Assembly: GCA_951406725.2 (NCBI GenBank)
Contig: OX597831.1
Location: 69,564,001 to 69,628,000 of the forward strand
From: Octopus vulgaris
Taxonomy: Eukaryota
Length of the DNA: 64,000 nucleotides
Reading direction: 5' to 3'
Below are positions 1 to 12,378 of this stretch, one piece after another. Under the pieces are notes generated by a model. The model searched no databases, was not told where the DNA came from, and saw only the letters and a program-made list of their open reading frames with translations. A program made the position numbers and the translations under genes. Within the stretch, counting starts at the first letter, position 1. Each line of letters opens with the position of its first letter.

Positions 1-224
1 TGCATTAGTAACCATTGTATTCCAATTTCCTTCACTTTTCAATGAATAGCAGATGAGTGACTATCTTTTGACAACACAGGCTACACTTTCACGCTTTTTG
101 GATAAAGTTTTCAGGAATAACCTAATAGGTTTATTATGAATTCCGGGAAATAGTCATGGGTCCTGCTAGTATCTATAATTGATCTTCTCAAATTTCAGAG
201 TTAATAATAAATTAGTGATAAATC

Positions 225-785
225 TGACTGAAGATCTTATTTGCATGAAGGTTAACGAAGGTGAAAGTTGGCAATGTATATAGCAATGAATTTAATGTAC
301 AAGTAGGAGTTCACCAAGGATCAGTTTTCAGCCCCCACTTGTTTATCATAGTCTGCCAGGCCATGACAGAAATTCAAGACTCACTGCCCCTAGGAGCTCC
401 TCTGCGGTGATAACCTTGTTCTTAGAGCTGAATCATTACCTGACCTACAAAAGAAAGTTCAGGTATGGAAGGAAGTCCTGGAATCTAAGAGCCTTAGAAT
501 AAATCTAGCAAAAACCAAAGCCCTAGTAAGTAGGAAAACAGACAAATCAAAAGTCCCTTCAGGGAGATGGCCATGCTTGATATGTAAGAAAGGTGTTGGT
601 AGAAGCATCATACAGTGTACACAATACAAGCTTAGGACACATAAGAAGTGTAGTAGTCTCACAGGTGAGTTAACACAAAATAGTCTTTGTGTTTGGTAAA
701 GGTGTGGGTACAATTAGCATTAAGAATGCACAGAGAAGACTCCTTCACATGCTCAGAGAGATTCTAAGAAGTAGTAGATAGTAAG
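225..785 (+). mobile_element. Decayed RTE-like LINE RT fragment, same family as 29555-30930, including the Cys-rich insert
   Basis: 'gtaggagttcaccaaggatcagttttcagcccc' (VGVHQGS..SP), degenerate YADD region and 'tggccatgcttgatatgtaagaaaggtgttggtaga' (WPCLICKKGVGR) align with the copy at 29740-30100; stops and frameshifts present. Confidence 0.85.
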
Positions 786-829
786 ATGGTAGAGACAGAC
801 TTATTGGGATTGAGAAGAGTTAGGAGTAA

Positions 830-1250
830 TGGATAGTAGTTGGGGTCTATATATCAAGAGTAGATGATGAATGACAAATAGGATAAAAAAAGAGAAGGAG
901 AGAGAGAGAGAGAGAGGTAACAATATAGATAGAGTGAAGTAAATTGTATTGAGTGCAGATATTTTGATAGAGTTTCTTAATCATAGTTTCATAGTTGGAA
1001 TAATGGGTAGTGTGATGAGGATGGTCCAGTGCAGTCTCTTATACATAGGGCTAGTGAAGGAAGAAGAGGGAGGAGAGTGAGAAGTATGGTGCTACATGGG
1101 ACTCTTAGTCCTTTGTAAGCATCACAAGAGGTAAAATGAGATGGAGACATTGAGTGATAGATATTAAATGAAATGAGCAGATAGGTTGATGGAGGAAGAA
1201 AGTGGGCACAGGTAGTGATTCGAGTGAACCAATAATCATTCATATAAAAG
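830..1250 (-). mobile_element. Decayed Jockey/I-like LINE C-terminal and 3' fragment
   Basis: Minus-strand remnant resembles the C-terminal part of the LINE at 10430-10700; heavily degenerate. Confidence 0.5.
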
Positions 1251-2069
1251 CTAGTTAGTCACACATCATCCCTCATTTGAATAAAATAAGTACCAAACAG
1301 AAATGAGATCTAAGTAAAAATTCTGGAAAGCAGTGCTCAGTACATCTGCAGTTGAAATAGAAATAAAAGCTGGAAATAATCATCTGGCAGTTAAAATATG
1401 GCTTAATGTTTTACATTATATACTTGTAGAAAATTTATATTTCTATCCTTCCTGAAATCTTTCTAGCACAATAATTGTCAAACCTACCATACTGGATAAT
1501 TAACTCCAGATTTATACAGGTTTATAGACTAAATAATCTAGCAGTACAAGGACTGTTTTGAATACACATGAGCTCAAAATGGCAATATTTCAATAAGCAG
1601 TCTCCCATGTTTTCTCTATAAACTATAACCTGAAAATTATTTGATAGAAACACCGAAAATTGTACAAGCTTATAATACTTATCCTTGTGTAGATACCTTA
1701 CAGCATTTCTGTCAGATTATTTTCTATATTATAAAGTTCTATATTCTGTATTGTAAACTTCTATATTCTATATTGAAAAGTTCACCTAGCTATCAGTTAC
1801 AACAAGAACACTTTTAGAGGAATAAGTTTTTTAAATGTTCTATATTTTATTGGATTTCATGATCAATAGTAGCATTGGATACATGTTTCCAATAAGCCAA
1901 TCACTGGTTCATTGCATTTTCTGACTACAGCAGCAATAAGTCAATGTCTGTAAATCGGTACAGAAGAAATATTGGAAGAGGTTTCATTCAAAGAACATTG
2001 GTTTTTCAGTTTCAGCCAATATTTACATCGTTTGCCAATGTACACCAGGAAAAGATACTCACATAGGCA

Positions 2070-2107
2070 CAAACACACACAGCCACACATGCACACACAC
2101 ACACGCA

Positions 2108-2163
<56 letters not shown>
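2070..2163. repeat. (CA)n microsatellite
   Basis: Direct reading. Confidence 0.95.
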
Positions 2164-2167
<4 letters not shown>

Positions 2168-2224
2168 ACGAACACATGTATTTAAATTGTAAAGTTAGAT
2201 CAAACACATTGTGGTGAATATGGA

Positions 2225-2385
2225 ACAGCAGATTTCCACATAGTTTCTATATACCAAATTCCTCTCACAAATTACTAATCATTTCATGACTATGGTAGAA
2301 AACACTTTCCAAAGATATCTCACAGTAGGACTGAACTAGAAACTTTGTAACTGCGGAGCAAACTTTTTAATCACAGAGCCATGCA
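2225..2385 (-). mobile_element. Old degenerate SINE family A head
   Basis: 'agtttctatataccaaattcctctcacaa...agaaaacactttccaaag...cacagagccatgc' matches the family A 5' half with many substitutions. Confidence 0.6.
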
Positions 2386-3537
2386 ATGGGTGAGTTTTGT
2401 TTTGGGCTAATGTTATTTACAAGGATTAACATTTAATACATAGGATAAAATTCCATATCCACTCAATGCTGTTATGACAAAATAATGGAGTTAATTAGAT
2501 GCTGGTCTGCTTCTTAAGGGTCATCAATTAGAATACACTGGAGGTGGGTATTTTGGAAGAATACTTACATTCAGACTGCTTAAATTAATGGATATATTCC
2601 AGGTTTCCGGTGAAATTCTCTGTAGAGCTCATTACTAGTTGATAAATTACTCTGGTTACATAAAATTATGCAACTGACTACACTCATTTCACATATGTGT
2701 AGAATAGATAAATATTTATTCTTATTTTTATGCTCAATGTTATAGAAACTAGAATTAAACTCTGGGGAAATGATTAGCTTAACACTTAATGTGCCATCCT
2801 TGTTTCTTTAGATTGGGTGTAATCAGGCAGTTTAAATTCAATCCATGCATTTATGGACAAACAAATGTTATTTGAAATGATAGCAATGGTAATGGTGAAT
2901 GTCACAGTAATAGCACAGATATATCAATACAGACATATAAAAATGTGATATTCCTGTTTTATCCAATTACACTAGATTTTATTGATTTTCTTTATATCAT
3001 ACTGAAATCCAGTTTGTGAACATTTTAAAAGAAGCTTTCTTTATGATCAATAAATTGTAAAATATTGATTTTATTTAATTAATTATATAAAGATATATAT
3101 TATGGTTGAACATATAATCAATATACCACTGGCTCATATTTTATCAACATGGGTTGAGTGATGAAAGATACCGTTTCCCTATCTTAGTATTAGCTACTCT
3201 CAGAACAGTGAGATATTCTACATATATTCAATAAAGCATATACTTAATCATTTGCTTTACATAAATAACTTTTCTATTACTTTTTGTATAAACCCAAACC
3301 TCCCTATATATATTTTAAAAGTGGTGAAATAGTTTTACCCACTCCCAAATATCTAGGTGATTACATCTTAGCTTCTTAGTAATTGACACTTATATTTTTT
3401 TACATAGACATAAGGTTCTATTTGTCCTAATGGTATATAAATGAAGGAAAGTCAAGTCTATTTTATTGCTTGTAACAACTGTTTGATGGACATAAAATTG
3501 TGCTTGGCAGTGTAGTATAGTGTAAGTGAACATTCCA

Positions 3538-3933
3538 TACTCTTTACTCTTTTACTTGTTTCAGTCATTTGACTGTGGCCATGCTGGAGCACCACCTTTT
3601 TTAGTCGAACAAATCGACCCCAGGACTTATTCTTTGTAAGCCTAGTACTTATTCTATCGTCTCTTTTGCCAAACCGCTAAGTTACGAGGACGTAAACACA
3701 CCAGCATCGGTTGTCAAGCAATGTTGGGGGGACAAACACAGACAGACAGACACATATATATACATATATACGACGGGCTTCTTTCAGTTTCCGTCTACCA
3801 AATCCACTCACAAGGCTTTGGTCGGCCCGAGGCTATAGTAGGAGACACTTGCCCAAGGTGCCACACAGTGGGACTGAACCCAGAACCATGTGGTTCGTAT
3901 GCAAGCTACTTACCACACAGCCACTCTTACGCC
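3538..3933 (-). mobile_element. tRNA-derived SINE, family A, full length
   Basis: Reverse complement shows A-box-like TGGCTGTGTGG, B-box-like GGTTCAGTCCC, CCTTGGGCAAGT core, internal (TA)n/(TG)n and an (AGTAAAAG)-type tail; ~11 copies in the window. Confidence 0.93.
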
Positions 3934-4467
3934 ACTTCCATATGCACTTCTACCTTCAAAATAAACTTTAGACACGTTCAATGTGATACTGCGTGACAAA
4001 GCTAGTTCCTCAAATTACAGGTACAAAGGCAGGTCCTTAAATCAATCTCATAAGCTTCCATACAGTTTCCATCTAACCAAACTCATCAAAAGCTATCGTC
4101 AGTAAGATTGGTCCATGATGCTGCACTATAAATTTAAAGCAAAAATTTGTTAATCACATAGGCACAAACACACAGAGCCACACATGCACAAAAACACACA
4201 CACATACAGAGAAAACAAACACATGTATTTAAATCACTTGGATGTGTAAGAAACAAACAAGAAACAAATTGCTTTGGTTATGAATACAAAACAAGTTTCT
4301 CATCCTGCTGTCCATCTCAGAACTCATCTCTGCTTTGTTACACTTCCATAATTCTGTGAATTGGTGATTAAAACATCTTTTATCCTGATTTTCTTTTACC
4401 TCATTATAGTTTCACTGAAGCTTCAACCAGGCTTGAAACAATATCACTTTTTTCTGCTTTAGTCAAT

Positions 4468-4877
4468 TACTCTTTACTCTTTTACTTGTTTCAGTCATTT
4501 GACTGTGGCCATGCTGGAGCATCGTCTTTAGTTGAGCAAATCGACCCCGGGACTTATTCTTTGTAAGCCCAGTACTTATTCTATCGGTTTCTTTTGTCGA
4601 ACCGCTAAGTGACGAGGACGTAAACACACCAGCATCGGTTGTCAAGCAATGCTAGGGGGACAAACACAGACACACAAACACACACACACGCACATATATA
4701 TATATATATACATATATACGACAGGCTTCTTTCAGTTTCCGTCTACCAAATCCATTCACAAGGCATTGGTCGGCCCGGGGCTATAGTAGAAGACACTTGC
4801 CCAAGATGCCACGCAGTGGGACTGAACCCGGAACCATGTGGTTGATTAGCAAGCTACTTACCACACAGCCACTCCTT
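4468..4877 (-). mobile_element. SINE family A
   Basis: Closely similar to 3538-3933 and 14374-14785. Confidence 0.93.
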
Positions 4878-5262
4878 ATGAACTTAACTAATTGGATTGT
4901 TGATATCAAGATAACTTACATCAATAACTTAATACATACTTACCTAAATATCACAATTCTTAATGTTGGTTAAAGTTTTGAATTCTGAAGGAGAAGAAAT
5001 TCAATACTCTGAGTATTGTAATGAAGATATTCTTGCAGACTTTGGCCAGTGAGGGGAAACTGACATTTTTAAAGTAATCATCATCAATGTCATCATTGTC
5101 GTTTTTTTGCTGCTGTCAGCATCATCACTGTCATTAACAACATTGTTGTTTACTGGAGATGCACGTGTTTCACAGAGCTCTGTTTAGAAAGTATTTTCTC
5201 CCAAGAGGACTCTATAGGAAATTGTGTGCCATTGGTTATATCTACTTGGTTATATATATATA

Positions 5263-5656
5263 CTAGCAGTATCGCCCGGCGTTGCTCGGGTTTGTAAGGG
5301 AAATAACTATATAAGCATTTTTAGAGAGTTATAGCCAAAAGATAGTAAAAAAATGCATTAAAAATGGAAAAAAATTATGGTAAATTTTTTTTAAATCGTT
5401 GACTCATCGTAGACATTTTTAGAGAGTTACTTCCCTTATGTAATAGCGAAAAAAAATGCATTAAAATGGAAAAAAATGATGGTAAATTTTTTTTAAAATC
5501 GTAGACTCATCGTAGACGTGCGCTAATACCCAGAATGGCTCGATATGAATCACGACTATAAGATACCCGGTTTTGGTTAAACTGCAGTTAGGAGTAGTTA
5601 GGAATCTAAATTGTAGGAGACAGACACTCACACAACTTCACTTTTATATATAAAGA
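5263..5656 (-). mobile_element. Non-autonomous Helitron
   Basis: On the minus strand starts TC(TTTATATATAAAAG), ends with the cccgagcaacgccggg hairpin then CTAG, sits in a TA-rich site with no TSD; homologous to 21870-22095 and 22681-22708. Confidence 0.85.
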
Positions 5657-5689
5657 TATATATTGATTATATCTACTTGGGCACATATA

Positions 5690-6900
5690 GTGTGATAACC
5701 ACTGAAAATCACAAGTTTATTCAGATGTTTTACATCTTTGAAGGAGTGAAAAGGAGATCAACTAGGTTAGTGTTACAAAGCAGTAGAGCCAGTTGCTGCT
5801 TGTGTGAGTGTAAAGTGTACATGAAGGTTTTACAAGCTCACTCCTACGAAATAGATAAAAATTGTTTCTACATGGTAGTAAGACAAATACAAAATCCTTG
5901 TTGTTGGTGGTGTATATCTTGAATAAGTTATATTTCTATTTCTGAACAGGCTTCGTTTTCATCAATAAACACAAGTAATTTTGTTATTGAAAGGAAAATC
6001 ATACTGTCTGATTTCAGGGCCTCATTTGAAAGTGCTGTTAATATTTACAGGGAACTGTATTTTCACTGTGTGCATATAACTGTTCTTGCGACTCTTCTAA
6101 ATTATATGTTGATCATAATGTAGCATGTGACTGGCAAAAATCCATAATTTCACTACAAGAAAATTTGAAATTTGAATTGATTCCACTCAGGATTGTGAAA
6201 CTTCATTAATGTCATAATAAATATTGTGTCATATGCGAGGCAGTCGTTTTCCATTTACAGAGTAGATGTAGAAGTGTAAATCTTTCCTTGAATTTTAAAA
6301 CAATAAGGTCCTTCTTCTTTGGCTGAATTGATTTTTATGGCAAATGAAGTGAAGGAAACTTCATAGTTAAAAGTTTGGATATTTTCCCTGAAATAGTTAG
6401 TTTCCTAGGTATTTACATAATTGAATAGTTTCAGTTTATGAATGGCTGCAGAAGTAGAAATCACACTTTACTCTTTATGTCAACAATTTAGAGCTTCATT
6501 TTTTCCTATGAAACCAGGATCTCTCCCTATTTCTCTGATGTTTTAGGGTTCATCAGCAACTTCTGCATACTGATGTCATATCATAAGAACAACAAATTGA
6601 ATCTGACATTTTCTGCTTCTTTGAACATATTGTACATTTAACAAATGCTATTTGTTCGTGTTCCCTTATCCATATTCAATTTCTTCTTTTGCATTTCACT
6701 TTCGCTTGCTGCTATTGCAAATAATCAGCTTGATATACACTGGTCATGTTTTCTCTTCATATCTGTTGACTTTCTCTTTGACACATTAGATGTCCATACA
6801 TGTTTGTATACAGCCATAGAGGCTATTGTCCACTGATTTTTATCTTAAATTTTTCTTTTATTTTTTGTTCTTGTACATTGTTCACTAATTATTTTTCATA
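5690..6900 (-). pseudogene. Decayed Helitron RepHel N-terminal region
   Basis: Minus-strand translation around 6255-6395 gives FRENIQTFNYEVSFTSFAIKINSAKEEGPYCFKIQGKIYTSTSTL, matching the Helitron F..NIR.YN..F.FTS...GPY.F.I.G.IYH motif; RYTPPTT near 5900; many stops. Confidence 0.7.
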
Positions 6901-7177
6901 TTTTAATGCTTTGTGTCTGATTTTGTTCCATAGTGTATGTTATTTCAAAGTGAAATGAGAATAAAATTTATAGTACAAAAATTTTCCTTTCCTAATAATA
7001 TATTTGAACAATTATTTAAAGAGATTAGATCCATTTATTCTTCAGATTAAAAAAAAAACGTAAAAGCTCTCACTTTTATCCATCCAGGAAAACAACATTT
7101 TTCCTGAAAACTTATTTAGAGGAGAAACGTTTTGCTGAACTCTAGTGTAGTTCTGTAAAGTCAGAATTTGATAATAA

Positions 7178-7345
7178 TCCTTTCTACTAAAGGCACAAGG
7201 TCAGAAATTGTTGGGGAAGGGACCAGTCGATTACATCGACTCCAGTGACTCACCAGTACTTGATATATTGATCTTGAAAGGATGAAAGGCAAAGTCAACC
7301 TTGACCAAATTTGAACCCAGAATGTAGCAACGGGCGAAATCCCAC
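7178..7345 (-). mobile_element. Degenerate SINE family B-related copy
   Basis: 'gtcgattacatcgactccagtg...gaaaggatgaaaggcaaagtcaacc...aatttgaacccagaatgtagc'. Confidence 0.75.
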
Positions 7346-8137
7346 TTAAGAATTTAATAACAATAATAACAGAAATTTGCTGAAATATAAAATGATTAAT
7401 AAATGATAAGAAATTGGAATAGTATTCACCCCACCGAGTAAAAAGTGTTTATATTGTCAAATGTGAAAGTATTTTTCTAGAAAATGTAATTATGAAGAAA
7501 TGAAAGTATTCAGTTATGACAGTAAATAATGTATAGTACTGGCTGGATACTTCAAAATACTCATTTTAATGAAAGCATGTTAAATCACTGTAAAATTCTG
7601 TGAAGAGAAGAAAAACAACAAAACATAAGTTCTCATCACACACATTATTTATTCGTAATCCAAAATGACCACAGAATTTTTAGTCAGGGAAGGTGTTAGT
7701 TACAGCAGCTACAACAGTGAATGTAACCTGTAAATTTTTGAAAATGAAGAGAATCTGTCCACCTCCAGTGTTTGAGTTGCATGGTTATTTAAGCAGAAGT
7801 AAAAACCTGACGAGACTGTTAAATGACTGGGAAACACTGTGATAATTAATAAGAAATGAATGATGAGGACAACCAATGTCAAATGATAAATTTATGAAAT
7901 CCAAACCACAGTTAAAGAGAGCCACTCAGAAGATGCGCCCAAAGAGAGAAGATTGGGAGAACCAAGTTTGCAAAAATTTAGGGGAGCAGAATGTGACTGA
8001 AGCCATATGGTGCCCTTATTCTGCCTAGCTGTTGCCTCCTTAGTGCCTTGTAGGTGGGTAACTCTTATATGTTTTGATTACGAAATTTTCAAATTGCATC
8101 AATACTCTATTTCTTTTTTACTCTACCTATTGATTAG

Positions 8138-8242
8138 TATATGTGTGTGCATGCATGTGTGTGTGTGTGTGTGCACATGCACATATGTGTTTGTGTGCAC
8201 ATGCACATATGTGTGTGTGCACATGCACATATGTGTGTGTAC
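8138..8242. repeat. (GT)n/TGCACA compound microsatellite with ~20-22 bp tandem units
   Basis: 'gtgtgtgcacatgcacatatgt' repeated three times. Confidence 0.9.
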
Positions 8243-11200
8243 ATGAGTGTAAATGTACATTCCCATATATTTTGTAACTTTCTTATATAATACATTGTGT
8301 AATATGTGACTGGAACCTTGTGGACAATCAAGAAAGTCTTCTCATTATCATCATCATCATCATCATCATCATTATTATTATTATTATTATTATTACAATG
8401 GCAGTGTAATACATGCTAGGGAAGCAATAAAATATTTTTAATGGAAGATAATATCCTTGGTGAACAGTTTGAAATTTTTATGAGATCTAATGTTGGCAGT
8501 TTTGTAGGTAAAATTGATGAAGTTTGTTACTCTTGATTTGTGAAAAGTTAAAAGGATTTATTTGCTATTGAACAACACTTTCTTTTAAACAGTTTCTCAA
8601 TAAAATTATGTAATATCTTTCAACAGATTTTTACTGATATTTTTTTTTAATGTTATGTATTGCTACTTGTATTCCTGGTGTATATTATTAGGTGGTATTC
8701 CCTACAATAGAAACAGGTGGGAGAAAGCTTAAAATGTCAATCAGATGATTATTTCCCTATAGATTCTTTTACCATAAATTTATTGTGTAGAATTTATGAG
8801 GCTTATTCAAGAACAACAACCACAACAACAAAATGGTGGATGCAATTTCTCTAGCTTCTAAGGCAGAAATTATATTTTTATTGATAGAGATTAATAAAAG
8901 CCTTGATATTGTCACCACAAAGTAGAATTTCTGTATTACATAACTTTGATATTAACTACACCACAATAAATATTGATTGATGTTGCTATACTGTCTCCAC
9001 CCACTGTAGTGTTCTCATCATGATAAATATTGATTGATATGCTTTCAGTTATACCTCTGTAAAATGCAAAAGGAATTTCATTAGATTTGTTCTCTTAAAC
9101 ATTGGTCCTTTCATCGTAACAAAAATCACTCTATTAGCTTATTTCAAAGGCAGTTAAGTAATTTTCACAGAAATGATATATATTTTTTTATTATTATATT
9201 TAGTTATTATTTTAATACCAGTATTCCTGTTAAACAAAGTTTTTAGTCATGATTTTCTATAAGTGAGCATGGTAGGTCAGATATTAGCCTATAGTAAGCT
9301 AAATGTTTGATTCAGTACACCTTACTATTTGTGACCAAACAATCTCTTTTTCTTTGTTACAGTTTTCTACAGAAATACATAAAATAGCACATTTTATTAT
9401 CTCTTTTGATCAGAAAACTAATGAGTAGATTGAAAATATTGCAGTGCTAATCATTAGGTTTCAACCCTATATAACATTTGTAACGCTCCTCATTAGATTA
9501 GTGATTACACATGGGTAACAGTGAAACCAGTAATAGTACCAGACTGGGGCAATCTCCAGCATTGCCATGATCTCCCAACAGCTTTGTTTGTGCCCACAAT
9601 ATTTAATCTAGACAGAGGGCTCTGACTCTATACACACACAGTTTGTTCTGTGTTTTTGTGGTTTTACTTTTGCAGAAGTCATCTTTCTTGAAGTATTCCT
9701 GTAGTCTCACTAATTCGTCATTGCATCGGTTTTGTGTATATGTATCATGCATAGTTTCTTCCTTAATTTTGTACTTCGTTTGTTCTCTCTTTTATATTGA
9801 GTAATTTTTGCGTTTTTTTTTTGTTCATATTAACAAAGTTGAATCGATCATTTTTCTACTGACCAGCAAGAATATTAAATTTGCTGTTACTCATCATTTA
9901 ATTCCAATTAGTACCATCAATAATTTCACTCCTCTTAGTCTCATTTTCATACTGTTACTCCTCTAGACTTCTCTAGCTCATTTTTGTATAATTTATTTGC
10001 CAATGTATCTACAAATGTCTGTTTTGCTGCTTAGTGTGTCAGTTTATCAGTTTTACATAGATAATACTCTGCAGTGAAGTCAGTTTTTGTTTTATCATCA
10101 TCTTATTAATATGCAGATTAGCCATTTCTTTGTTAACCATTTGAAAGCAAATATGATTAAAATTTCCTACCTTTCTCTATACCAGAGTAAGCTTGTTTTC
10201 CTTTTTTTCAAATTTTGTATTTCTTCCCATTATCTCTTATATTTTATAATGTATTACCATGGGTGTGTGAGGCAGTGGTATATACCTCACTTCTGATCTG
10301 GACAAGACTCTATTCTGAGATCAAAAATTTGGGTGAGCAGCAAATCCTGAGAGCAGAAGAAATCTATTTTTCTAAAACCAAAAATGGTGATAATTTTGGC
10401 AGTACCTTCATTCAAAACTACACTCACACCCCAAGGAAGGTTTAGACACAATGGTGATGAAACGAGGAGTGATCAGTGGAATGGGGATACCTAGTTGGAG
10501 GTGGTATATGTCCAACCAGTTCCAAGGTGCAGAGGCCATTATAGTAGCTGTTGAAATGGCAGAGAGGGTAACAAAATGCCTGTGGACTATAGGCCGAAGC
10601 ATGTTTGATTTCATCTGTCAAGTGGCCTTTTGTTGATGTGATCTAGCATGTCTGTGAAGGCAGCAGCAAGATTATTCAGGATGTGAGAGCACTACTTCAT
10701 ATTGGGCATTGCCTGAGCTTTGTAAAGTATCAATAATTGTTGAGGACTAAAGCACTGAAAAGAAAGGCCAGTCATTGAGATGTAATCTTAGCTATATTAA
10801 GGATATAGTTTTACCATGTGAGATCCATGGTGAAATCCAACAATTAGAGCAATATTGAGGGTTCTAGCTGAGTGCTTCTCATAGTTAAATGAAGTGAGGT
10901 GTAGTGTAAATGTTTTTTCTTAATATGAGTAGATTTAGTGTTATTTTTGTATTTTTGTCAGTGAAAGAAACAACTCTGGCATATCCCCAATGGAGGATGG
11001 TTTTATATCTCTGTTTATGAAGTCATTGTGTGTTTGGTGTGTGGTATCTATGATGTAAATGGATAATATATGTTAAAAGAATGGTCTGGAGGAATGAAGA
11101 GTAAGGTCATCTGTGTAAGAGTAGGTGTTGTTGGATATGTTGGCAACTGAGTTGTTGGCATAGGAACAGAAAGAATGGGGAACAAAATAAACCTTGGGTT

Positions 11201-11657
11201 AAGTTTGAACAGACAAAATATTTAACAGAGTTGGTAAGGATGCAATCTGAAAAGAAACTACCAATTCAAGATCTGAGGAATGAGTAAAAGTTATAAGTAG
11301 GAAATTTTGACGGCAGATTTGCATTCAACACACAGTTGATAGATTTGCTGATATGAAGGGTGACAACATTGCTTTTACTAAATTCCCCCACTGCAAAAAC
11401 CATTGGTAGCTGACAGAGAAGAGAAGGTCACCATTGGTTTTGGCTTTTGAGAAACTGTACTGGTGGTCATTAAGGAGTGTGGGAGACTCAAGATACTGGA
11501 CAACATTGTTGTTAATTGCTGTCCCTTTATCTTGGAAATATTTGGAGTGAATGCAATAGAGCAGTTGCTGGTGGGATCAGAGAGATTCCCTTTCTTTGGA
11601 TTGGGACACAATGTTGCATCTTTCCAAAGATCAGAGTAGATCCTTAGAGCCTTGTAC

Positions 11658-11691
<34 letters not shown>

Positions 11692-12378
11692 TGAGAGGGA
11701 GAAAGAGAGAGAGAGTTTGATGATTAAAGCAGGTTGCTCTGGGGTGCAGTGTTTGAAGTTAATGGAAAGGACTCCAACAGAACTCATGAATTTTGGTGTT
11801 TGAAGATACCAAAAATATTTTGACCCTTGGTGTGATCAAGGTGATGGGCTACATGGGATGGGATAGAGATGGATGAGGTTCATCAAATGCAAACAATGTA
11901 GTGTTGGTTGCTAAGTGGGCAGTTAAGATGAGGGCTTTCTCGTTAGGCTACTACTCCAAAATCATTGTTGTAAATTCAAGGGAAAGATTTCTGAAAAATT
12001 GGTGGAAATCCTTTTTGCAAGGGACCAAAAGGATAAGCTCCACTTTGAAAGTCAGGATCACTTGAGAGATGCACAATGTGCAGTTTCAATAATGGTCTTC
12101 TAGATGTTGTACTATTAGGCAAACATCTTCCAGACTTACCAGATGTTGTAGGCTTTGTGTTTCCCCTGGGATGCTTCACCACAACTATGAGCGAACCATC
12201 AGGAAGACTTGGAGCACTGACTATGTGCAGGAAGTGGAGGAACACGCCAAAAGGGATAGTTTTGGTCACACTTCTAGTTGTTTCTACTGGATCAGGAGTG
12301 AAACACATGTGCTATCTGAAGTTGGCAATAAAAACTGGTGAAGCACTAACTACTCAGTTAACTTGAAGTACTATAGAG

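Noticed and set aside
3711-4845. Recurrent 60-100 aa ORFs (MSSNARG.., MTTDAGV.., MLGGQTQ..) suggesting a gene family
   Set aside because: They are chance translations of SINE family A copies
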